Position numbers and translations under genes: made by a program. DNA of 64,000 nucleotides. It comes from a virus. Taxonomy: Duplodnaviria; Caudoviricetes. Where the stretch lies: the IMG/VR virus record IMGVR_UViG_3300042542_006078, one strand, 5' to 3'. Shown one piece after another: positions 55,289-63,123 of this stretch (position 1 is its first letter; every line of letters starts with the position of its first letter). The notes beneath the pieces were generated by a model. The model made no database searches and was not told where the DNA came from. It saw only the letters and a list, made by a program, of their open reading frames with translations.

Positions 55289-55364
55289 ATCCTAAGCCGT
55301 TTATAATTTGAAAAGACAAAAGAATGAAAGTAATCATGTTTCCTCCTAAAGGTCACTATATCTC

Positions 55365-56759
55365 ATGGAAAATATTTTGCAATTCTTAGAAAGAGACAAA
55401 AATGGCCCAAGATTGAAAATTGCAGTCTTGGGTGATTCTATGATTGATGAATATTTTGATGTGCAAGTTAAGAGGATATCGCCGGAATATCCGATACCAA
55501 TACTTCAATCAGAGTGCAATGATCCACAAGTTGTTCCCGGTGGAGCAGCTAATGTTGCATGTCAGTTTGGCAATTTTAACGCAGATGTCAGCCTTGTTTC
55601 CTTGATTGATCAGGAAGCGGTTAAGATTTTTGCAAAATCAGGAATAGAAATCAACTCTGCTTCTCAGATCGTACAAAATAAAATTCCACGCAAGAAAAGG
55701 TTTTTCTCAGACAATTTTCAGGTATCCAGAATTGATTTTGAAAAACAGAATTATGGGTTGACTGATGATAATCTTCAAAATGCCGTAAAGAATTTGTTAT
55801 CTTATTTCGGGCAGCAGCACTATCAGGCTGTTATTTTTTCTGATTACGGTAAGGGTATTTTTAATTATTTTGACAATTCAATCTTGAAGAAATTTCCAAT
55901 CACAATTGTTGATCCTAAGAATGGCGATATTGCAAAGTGGCGTGGATGTACGGTATTCAAGCCAAATCGTGAAGAGGCTCTGCGTTTGAGTGGCAAAAAG
56001 ACAGTTTTTGATGCTGGAATTTACTTGTCTGAATTTCTTGGTTCATCTGTTGTTATAACAGAAGCTTCTAAAGGTGTAAGCGTATTTGAGAATGGTGTTT
56101 TTCGTGAAATAAGACCAGATATAAGTCCAGCAGTTGCTGAGTCGGTCATAGGAGCGGGAGACTGTTTTGTTGCATTCTTGACTATGTTCCTTCTAAGAGG
56201 TTTTAGTCTTATTGATTCCTCAGAAATGGCATTTAAGGCTGGAACATTGTATGTTTTGAACAAAAAGAACAAACCTATAACTAAGCATGATCTTTTATTT
56301 TCAATTGATCATGTTGGTTCAAAAATAATTTCTTTTGATGATTGTGGCTTTTTGTGTGACAGAAAGTTCAAACTTGTTTTCACGAATGGATGTTTTGACA
56401 TTTTGCACAGGGGCCATATTGAATCATTTAAGTTTGCCAAAAGTCAGGGAGATAAACTTGTTGTTGGTGTTAATTCAGATGCAAGTGTTGGCAAGTTAAA
56501 GGATGGAAGGCCCATCAATTCGATTAATGATCGAATTTCGCTCTTAGCTTCTTGTGAGTATGTCGATTATGTCATTGTTTTTGATGATGATACACCTTTG
56601 GAACTTATCAAGAAAATAAGTCCCGATGTTTTGGTTAAGGGAGAGGATTACAGGGAAGAAGATATTATCGGACATGGAATAGTGCCGGAAATTAAAAGAT
56701 GCCCTCTAGTTGAGGGCATCAGCACAACAAAAATCATCGAGAAAATCAAGAAAATTTAG
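55365..56759 (+). CDS. hldE: Bifunctional heptose-7-phosphate kinase / heptose-1-phosphate adenylyltransferase
   Basis: PfkB domain (GD.M.D.Y, PGGAANVA, SDYGKG, VDPK, KPN..E, V.GAGD) plus cytidylyltransferase domain (FTNGCFDILH.GH, VG.NSD.SV..LK..RP, KG.DY, STT.II). Confidence 0.92.
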   Translation: MENILQFLERDKNGPRLKIAVLGDSMIDEYFDVQVKRISPEYPIPILQSECNDPQVVPGGAANVACQFGNFNADVSLVSLIDQEAVKIFAKSGIEINSASQIVQNKIPRKKRFFSDNFQVSRIDFEKQNYGLTDDNLQNAVKNLLSYFGQQHYQAVIFSDYGKGIFNYFDNSILKKFPITIVDPKNGDIAKWRGCTVFKPNREEALRLSGKKTVFDAGIYLSEFLGSSVVITEASKGVSVFENGVFREIRPDISPAVAESVIGAGDCFVAFLTMFLLRGFSLIDSSEMAFKAGTLYVLNKKNKPITKHDLLFSIDHVGSKIISFDDCGFLCDRKFKLVFTNGCFDILHRGHIESFKFAKSQGDKLVVGVNSDASVGKLKDGRPINSINDRISLLASCEYVDYVIVFDDDTPLELIKKISPDVLVKGEDYREEDIIGHGIVPEIKRCPLVEGISTTKIIEKIKKI

Positions 56760-56998
56760 CAAGAACACTTGGTCTTGCCGCATTCCTTGCAGCACTTGCA
56801 ATCTTTGCAGCATTCGCCTTTAAGTGTGCAAGAATTGTTGTCGCAGCATTTGCACACGCATTTGCATGGCACATGACAATCGCAAGTTCCTTTGCAGCAT
56901 TCGCAAGAACAGCATTTCTTACTCATGCCGCATCCGACAAAGAATCCAATGATGATAACAGCTATGATGCCCAGAATGTTTTCATAAAAGTTGTTCAT
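56756..56998 (-). CDS. Metallothionein-like Cys-rich peptide with N-terminal membrane anchor
   Basis: 80 aa from ATG 56998 behind GAAGGAG. Hydrophobic ILGIIAVIIIGFFVG followed by 22 Cys in CC, CxC and CxxC motifs. Confidence 0.7.
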   Translation of the reverse strand: MNNFYENILGIIAVIIIGFFVGCGMSKKCCSCECCKGTCDCHVPCKCVCKCCDNNSCTLKGECCKDCKCCKECGKTKCSC

Positions 56999-57041
56999 GT
57001 TTGTTTCTCCTTCTAAAATATATAGTTGAGAACAAACAAAC

Positions 57042-57332
57042 ATGCCAAGAAGAAAAAACAATATAGACAAAAAAGCAAAAAAGAAGGGAAAAGGCAAATG
57101 TAGATTTTGTCCTTGTGACACTTATGAATTGTTGGATTTGCATAGGATAACTGAGGGAAATGAGGGAGGAATCTATTCCGACCAGAATACAGTTGTGGTT
57201 TGTGCGAACTGTCACAGGAAGATTCATGCCGGAATAATCAAAATAGACAGACAATATTCAACCATGTCAGGAAGATGGTGTTTGCATTATTGGATTGATG
57301 ATGAGGAATATTGGTCAGTAGATGATAGATAA
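57042..57332 (+). CDS. HNH endonuclease-like protein
   Basis: CRFC, LHRI...GG.Y...N..V.CANCH..IH. Confidence 0.8.
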   Translation: MPRRKNNIDKKAKKKGKGKCRFCPCDTYELLDLHRITEGNEGGIYSDQNTVVVCANCHRKIHAGIIKIDRQYSTMSGRWCLHYWIDDEEYWSVDDR

Positions 57333-57335
57333 TTC

Positions 57336-57515
57336 ATGCTTACATTTCAAAGTTTTTTAGAGAATAAGCTGAGAAAAGGTACATTTGACTTTGGAACAGT
57401 CCGTAGTCCTGCGAGGTTGATTGCCAAGGGGACAGCAAAACCGGCAAAACCAGTAAGACCAAATTTTTCATTCAAGGCTAGAGATGAAATTCAGGCATTT
57501 TTTAGAAACAAATGA
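57336..57515 (+). CDS. Small basic protein (59 aa) with capsid-targeting-like N-terminus; not in the ORF track
   Basis: Read by hand: MLTFQSFLENKLRKG...FFRNK*. Confidence 0.55.
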   Translation: MLTFQSFLENKLRKGTFDFGTVRSPARLIAKGTAKPAKPVRPNFSFKARDEIQAFFRNK

Positions 57516-57732
57516 AAATATTCAAAATCTTGCTGACAGGGGCGGAGTTGATATTAAAGGATTGAAAACCAATCAGCTTTCCGTTGGTTTGAGGGTAGAG
57601 AAAGAACACAAGGGAAAAATGGGAAGAGATACAGAAGTTGCCAAAAATGATGTTGATGTTCTTAAAATTGCTGTTGCTCATTTGAGGGAAGGCCCATATT
57701 ATTATTTCAAGCTAATTAAAGCAGGTCTTTAA
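57484..57732 (+). CDS. DUF5661-like small phage protein
   Basis: QL..G.RVEKEH...IA.AHL.E...YY.KL; starts MKFRHFLE. Confidence 0.65.
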   Translation: MKFRHFLETNENIQNLADRGGVDIKGLKTNQLSVGLRVEKEHKGKMGRDTEVAKNDVDVLKIAVAHLREGPYYYFKLIKAGL

Positions 57733-57754
57733 TTTAACTCTAGGAGTTTGAAAT

Positions 57755-58159
57755 ATGCGTAGTTTTAATGAATTTATGGAATCCAAGATTTTCAATGAAA
57801 ATGACTTGGATCATTATGCTCAAGTAAGTGATGAGGCTTTGGACAATGCTTATCATTATGGCCGTTCAAAGCCCGGAACATTTGGATATGAGGCCAATAA
57901 GGGTAGCGCCAAGTTCGCTCTTAATTTGATGCAAAATGGCGAAACAGACATTGAGAAAATTTCTGATGCTATTCATAAAGGCTGGGCCAGTGTGGCGACC
58001 ACATATGATGATCCCATTTATGCGACCAAGCCTGAGAAGAAGGAAAACAGGATGAAGTTGGCAAATACTTCTTACTCTGACTTGTCAGAAGACGAGAAAG
58101 AAAAGGACAGAGTTGTTGCCAGATCTTTGCTACAAGCATACCAGCAAAATAATACTTAA
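57755..58159 (+). CDS. RyR-repeat-like domain protein
   Basis: IH.GW...Y.DLSE.EKEKDR motif; starts MRSFNEFME; GGAG RBS. Confidence 0.6.
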   Translation: MRSFNEFMESKIFNENDLDHYAQVSDEALDNAYHYGRSKPGTFGYEANKGSAKFALNLMQNGETDIEKISDAIHKGWASVATTYDDPIYATKPEKKENRMKLANTSYSDLSEDEKEKDRVVARSLLQAYQQNNT

Positions 58160-58181
58160 AAAAATCATACTACCTTAGTTT

Positions 58182-58772
58182 ATGATTTCTTCACTTGGCA
58201 ATGGTTTGACGATTGCCATTAATTGTGATTATTTGCCACATCATGACTGGATGTCTTTTTTGACATATTGGTCAATAGCCAAGACTTTGCCGGATTGCAA
58301 GGTCTTGGCTACATGTGTTAGGCAAAAAATGAATATGGATATTTTTAATTGGCCAAGAAAATGCAATGTACAATTCGCATATCACAAGCCAATGGTTGAT
58401 GAAGAGTTGTATAATTTTATAATGACAAGTCCGAAATTTGAAAAGACAAAGTCTTTATTGTTTGTCAAACCCGAAATTATTTTCATAAGGGATTTTGAGG
58501 AAGCAAATTTTCCAGTTGAAAAAATTCATGATTTTAAGGGTATTTCTGAGATCGATGGTTTGGTAAGTGATTCAAAATCTGAAAATTCTACCGTTTGCTG
58601 TGATTATTCAAATGGTTGGGGTAAGTTTGTGACTTCCAAGTGGATAAATAAAACAAGCATACCTTTTTCAAGAATTGATTTTTCTTGCATGGGAATGACT
58701 GTGAATGAAAACAGAATTGCAGGGATTTGGAAATCAGCATCAAAGATATACCCAAGTTTATCAAGGGGATAA
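58182..58772 (+). CDS. Hypothetical protein
   Basis: 196-aa ORF; no motif recognised. Confidence 0.6.
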   Translation: MISSLGNGLTIAINCDYLPHHDWMSFLTYWSIAKTLPDCKVLATCVRQKMNMDIFNWPRKCNVQFAYHKPMVDEELYNFIMTSPKFEKTKSLLFVKPEIIFIRDFEEANFPVEKIHDFKGISEIDGLVSDSKSENSTVCCDYSNGWGKFVTSKWINKTSIPFSRIDFSCMGMTVNENRIAGIWKSASKIYPSLSRG

Positions 58773-58773
58773 A

Positions 58774-59058
58774 ATGAGAAATTTTAACTACGACGAAAAT
58801 GAAGATTTTCGTGAAGATATCGACAAGTTTTTTGAGCAAGACGGAGAGTCTGGAGACAATTATGACGATTTCTTGAAAGAAGAATTTGCAATTCAAGAGG
58901 CAAAAATTGCTCTTCAGAGCAGGGATATTAATCTTCGTTTGATGAGGACGGCTGTAAGAGTTTGTGAAAAAACTTTTCTTTGGTCTTTTTATTCAATCGT
59001 TACTCGTATGAAAATGATTTCCGAAACATATAAAAAACTTAAGAAACTAGAGGATTGA
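58774..59058 (+). CDS. Hypothetical acidic/helical protein
   Basis: ATG 58774 right after the upstream stop; AAGGGG RBS. Confidence 0.6.
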   Translation: MRNFNYDENEDFREDIDKFFEQDGESGDNYDDFLKEEFAIQEAKIALQSRDINLRLMRTAVRVCEKTFLWSFYSIVTRMKMISETYKKLKKLED

Positions 59059-59059
59059 T

Positions 59060-59395
59060 ATGCCTTTTTATGAATTTTCCTGCAAGAAATGTAATCACCG
59101 TTATGAGGAGCTTACTTCTCACGATCCTTCGGGCAAATACAAGGATGTAACATGCCCGAATTGCAAAAGCAAATCAAAGAAGAAGCTTATGTCTGCTTGC
59201 AAGTACCAATTTGCAAATCCAGAAGGAACAGACCGCTGGAATAGCGAAAGCAGCGGACATGATTATAGATTCAACCATAATTTACCAAAAGTAATTACAG
59301 AAAGACAAAGAGCAGAAGAAGCAGGAAAAAATCCCGATCCATATAATAAGATAAATGACTTAGAAAGTGACAATTCATGGGGCGAAGTTAAGTAA
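59060..59395 (+). CDS. FmdB-family zinc-ribbon protein
   Basis: MPFYEFSCKKC...YE....CPNC. Confidence 0.8.
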   Translation: MPFYEFSCKKCNHRYEELTSHDPSGKYKDVTCPNCKSKSKKKLMSACKYQFANPEGTDRWNSESSGHDYRFNHNLPKVITERQRAEEAGKNPDPYNKINDLESDNSWGEVK

Positions 59396-59419
59396 AAAAT
59401 AATTAATTCAAAAAAAATT

Positions 59420-59447
59420 CCTCGGTTTTTACAACCGGGGTTTTTTT
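59420..59447 (+). terminator. Intrinsic terminator
   Basis: CCTCGGTT-tttac-AACCGGGG-T7. Confidence 0.8.
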
Positions 59448-59523
59448 ATGTCAAATTCTGGCTTATAATGTAATCGGGTAAGTCTGTGTCATATGCAAAC
59501 ATCCGTAGGCCGGAGGCAATATA

Positions 59524-61599
59524 ATGAACAAGCTGCAAAAAGTGATTTCAAATTTCAATCGTGAACAGTTCAAGGCAATCAATACTGAAATTTCTTTCTC
59601 AGAATATATTGATCTTTGCTATCAAAATCCAAAACTCATCCGTAATTCATGGCAGACCATCTATGACATGATCATGGAAAAGGGAAGTTATCCTGTTGAG
59701 GAATACCGCAAGACATATGTCAATTACAAGTTTTTTGATGATCCAGATTGTCCAATCGTTGGCTTGACCCCGATGAAGGACTCTCTCGTCAAGTTTATCA
59801 AGGGAGCGGCAGGCGGATACGGGACAGAACGCAGAATTCTTCTTCTTCATGGACCTGTTGGCAGTTCAAAGTCAACTATTCTCAGACTTATCAAGAGAAG
59901 TCTTGAGAAATACAGCAAGACTGATGCTGGAGCTTGGTATAGCTTCAAATGGGTGAATCTTCCTACAGGCGCTGATGGGATCTACAACAACCCAGAATGC
60001 GAATGCCCAATGCACGAACAACCTCTTAAGTTGCTCCCCAAGGAAGTTCGTGGACAAATCATTGCAGATATCAACAGGATTCATGAAGAAATCGCAACTC
60101 CACAAGAGAGGAGCGATATTTACACTCTTAAATGCAATGACGAACTTGATCCTCTTTGCAATTTCTTTATGAACGAACTTCTGAAGAGATACGAGGGTGA
60201 CCTTCAAAAAGTTCTTGACAACCATATTAAGGTCGTCAGAAAGGTCCATTCTGAAGCCAATCGTTGTGGAATCGCAACATTCCAGCCCAAAGATGAAAAG
60301 AATCAAGACAGCACAGAGCTAACAGGTGATATTAACTTCCGTAATATCGGAAACTTTGGTTCAGACAGCGATCCAAGATCATTCTCTTTTGATGGAGAAT
60401 TCTGTGCTGGCAACAGAGGAATAATCGAGTTTATTGAAGCACTTAAGCTCGATACTGCATTCCTTTATGACCTTCTTGGTGCATCCCAAGAACAAAGCAT
60501 CAAGCCAAAGAAGTTTGCTCAAGTAAGCATTGACGAGGCAATTTTTTCGCACACAAACGATCCAGAATTTCAGAAGCTCAAGAGCAACCAATATATGGAA
60601 GCTTTCCGTGATCGTACAACCAAGATTGATGTTCCTTACACCCTTAGATGGAACGAAGAGCTAAGGATTCTTGAAAAGGACTATGGTCCCGGTAAAGTTC
60701 GCCAACACATTGCTCCTCACACTCTTGAAATTGCCGCTTTGTGGAGTGTATTGACTCGTCTTGCTGACGATAAAGATGGCAAGATTAGCCTTGTCGAGAA
60801 GGCAGAACTTTATGATGGCAGGCTTCTTGCAGGATGGACTGAAGATTCTGTCAAGGAACTAAAAGACAAGTATCCCGAAGAGGGCATGAGTGGTGGGATT
60901 TCAGTTCGATATCTACAGGACAAGATTTCCAACTGCCTTGCCAACAATCATGACTATGTCAACATGTTCATGGTTCTCAATGAATTGCGTGACGGCCTTG
61001 ACCATTGCAGCTTGCTTACCAATAAGGAGCAAGTTGGCCGTTACATCACTTGTATCGATCTTGCAGTCAAGAAGTTGACTGAAATCTTGAAAGCGGAGGT
61101 TCAGAAGGCTTTGGTCGGCGATAAGGAAGCGATTAAGCGTCTTTGCTCAAACTACATCGATAACCTCATGGCATATATCAACAAGAGCAAGATTAAGGAT
61201 CAGATCACTGGCCAAGACCGCAAGCCAGACGAAAGGCTGATGCGTCAGATTGAGGAAAAGATTCAGATTCCAGATACTGGATGTGATGATTTCCGCCGTC
61301 AGATTGCCGCCTTCATCGGCCATCTTGCTCATGAGGGCAAGAGTTTTCAATGGGATTCCAATCCTAAGCTTCGCAAGGCTCTTGAGGCGAAACTTTTCGA
61401 GGATGTCAAGGACACCATCAAGTTAAGCGCACTCAATATGAGCGGAGCGAGTGTTGTTGACAAAGACTTGCAAGAAAAGATTGATGCAGTCAAGACAAGA
61501 CTCGTTAAAGAGTTTGGATACAACGAGAGAAGTGCAACGGATGTTCTAGAATTTGTTGGCGGAATTTTCTCCCGTGGCGATCTAGCCGAAGACGAGTGA
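59524..61599 (+). CDS. prkA: PrkA/YeaG-family AAA+ serine kinase
   Basis: RN..Q..YDMI, RILLLHGPVGSSKST, CPMHE.PL, D..NQD..EL.G, DPR.F.F.GE...NRG..EF.E.LK, QE..IK, H.N..E, IAPHTLE.AA, EGM.G.S.R. Confidence 0.93.
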   Translation: MNKLQKVISNFNREQFKAINTEISFSEYIDLCYQNPKLIRNSWQTIYDMIMEKGSYPVEEYRKTYVNYKFFDDPDCPIVGLTPMKDSLVKFIKGAAGGYGTERRILLLHGPVGSSKSTILRLIKRSLEKYSKTDAGAWYSFKWVNLPTGADGIYNNPECECPMHEQPLKLLPKEVRGQIIADINRIHEEIATPQERSDIYTLKCNDELDPLCNFFMNELLKRYEGDLQKVLDNHIKVVRKVHSEANRCGIATFQPKDEKNQDSTELTGDINFRNIGNFGSDSDPRSFSFDGEFCAGNRGIIEFIEALKLDTAFLYDLLGASQEQSIKPKKFAQVSIDEAIFSHTNDPEFQKLKSNQYMEAFRDRTTKIDVPYTLRWNEELRILEKDYGPGKVRQHIAPHTLEIAALWSVLTRLADDKDGKISLVEKAELYDGRLLAGWTEDSVKELKDKYPEEGMSGGISVRYLQDKISNCLANNHDYVNMFMVLNELRDGLDHCSLLTNKEQVGRYITCIDLAVKKLTEILKAEVQKALVGDKEAIKRLCSNYIDNLMAYINKSKIKDQITGQDRKPDERLMRQIEEKIQIPDTGCDDFRRQIAAFIGHLAHEGKSFQWDSNPKLRKALEAKLFEDVKDTIKLSALNMSGASVVDKDLQEKIDAVKTRLVKEFGYNERSATDVLEFVGGIFSRGDLAEDE

Positions 61600-61646
61600 T
61601 GATTGAATTAACTTTATAAAAAGGTGACGATCAGTAAGGAGGATTC

Positions 61647-61868
61647 ATGACCATTCAGAACCATTGGTTACAGTCTGCTCAAGTCAAGCAACTCATGAAA
61701 GAAATTGATGAGATTGCTATGGATATTTGGTCACAAGATGGAACTCTTGGCGATCTGTTTTCTGCCTTGAATGACGATCATACTGATCTTCTTTTCTCGA
61801 TGAAGATCAAGGACTTTGCAAGCGATCCAAATGACATGTCATGCGGTATCGAGCTTGTTTCTCCTTAA
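61647..61868 (+). CDS. Small hypothetical protein inserted in the prkA operon
   Basis: 73 aa with AAGGAGG RBS. Confidence 0.6.
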   Translation: MTIQNHWLQSAQVKQLMKEIDEIAMDIWSQDGTLGDLFSALNDDHTDLLFSMKIKDFASDPNDMSCGIELVSP

Positions 61869-61904
61869 CCAGAAAGGAATCCGTCACAAGATGACGGTTA
61901 AGCT

Positions 61905-63122
61905 ATGCCTCGTCGCATTCATGAAGATTGGCAGCATTTCCGTGATGTAATTTCAGGGCGAATCAGAAAAGCCCTGAAAAAATTCATCAAGAGCGGACAG
62001 ATCGTCAAAAATCGTGGAAAAAATGGCAAGATTTCCATTAACATCCCGAAAATTGACATTCCTCATATTGTTTATGGAAATAGTGGCGAGGGAGTTGGAA
62101 GAGGGGATGGTAAAGAAGGAGATGTCATAGGCAAAGATCCGCAAAATGGCAAGGGAAAAGGCAATGGAGCAGGTCAAGGAGAGGCTGAAGGAATCACAAT
62201 CAATCTTGATTTGGAAGATGTCCTGAGGTTTATGCAGGACGAACTTCAACTCCCAAATCTAAAGAAAAAGCCAAATGAAATTTACGATGAAATTAAAATC
62301 AAGTATAACAATATCAGTCTGATAGGACCAGAATCTCTTAGGCACAATAGAAGAACTCTCATGCAGACCTTGAAGCGTCAGGCTGCTGAGGGAACTCTTG
62401 AAAAACTAAATCATGTTGCTGGAATTAAAGACCCAGTCAGAGTTCTACAGCCAATCAATGAAGATAAGAGATACAGACAATTTAACGAAATTAAAATACC
62501 AAGCAGTAATGCTTTGATTGTCTTTGCCCGTGACGGATCTGGTTCCATGGATCAGGCCAAGTGTGAAATCGTCAGTGATATGGCTTGGTGGATCGATGTT
62601 TGGATTCGTCGTTTCTATGATCGTGTTGATCGCCTCTATGTTTGGCATGATAGTGAGGCCATGGAGGTTGATGAAAATAAATTTTATAAATATCGATTCG
62701 GAGGAGGAACAAATTGCTCCTCTGCTCTTAAATTTATTTCCAAGCAATTTGAGAACAGATATCCTCCAGAAAAGTGGAACATTTATGTTTTCTACTTTAC
62801 AGATGGCGACAACTGGGGAGAAGACAATCAGATTTTCATTGATACTCTTGCCAATGATTTTAAGCCTAATGTAGTCAATTTTACGGGTATCACACAGATT
62901 CTCGCATCATCCTATTCTGATTCAATCAAGCATCATGTTGATGAAGCGATTAAACAAGGCAAGCTTGACAAGGATTGCGTCAGGACTGTTGCAATAGGTG
63001 GTAGTCCAGATGGAAGGTCTTTGTGGACAGCGCCAAGTTTGAGCGATGATAATAGGAATGAGCAAATCATGGAAGCAATTCAACAACTTCTAGGAAACCC
63101 AAGTAAACTATCAAGGGAATGA
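61905..63122 (+). CDS. yeaH: YeaH/YhbH (DUF444, vWA-like) protein
   Basis: I..D...F...I.G.IR..LK, GVG.GDG..GD.I, L..EL.LPNL, .RT....LKR, .D.SGSM...K, GGT..SSA, YP...WNIY.F.F.DGDNW..D. Confidence 0.9.
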   Translation: MPRRIHEDWQHFRDVISGRIRKALKKFIKSGQIVKNRGKNGKISINIPKIDIPHIVYGNSGEGVGRGDGKEGDVIGKDPQNGKGKGNGAGQGEAEGITINLDLEDVLRFMQDELQLPNLKKKPNEIYDEIKIKYNNISLIGPESLRHNRRTLMQTLKRQAAEGTLEKLNHVAGIKDPVRVLQPINEDKRYRQFNEIKIPSSNALIVFARDGSGSMDQAKCEIVSDMAWWIDVWIRRFYDRVDRLYVWHDSEAMEVDENKFYKYRFGGGTNCSSALKFISKQFENRYPPEKWNIYVFYFTDGDNWGEDNQIFIDTLANDFKPNVVNFTGITQILASSYSDSIKHHVDEAIKQGKLDKDCVRTVAIGGSPDGRSLWTAPSLSDDNRNEQIMEAIQQLLGNPSKLSRE

Positions 63123-63123
63123 T

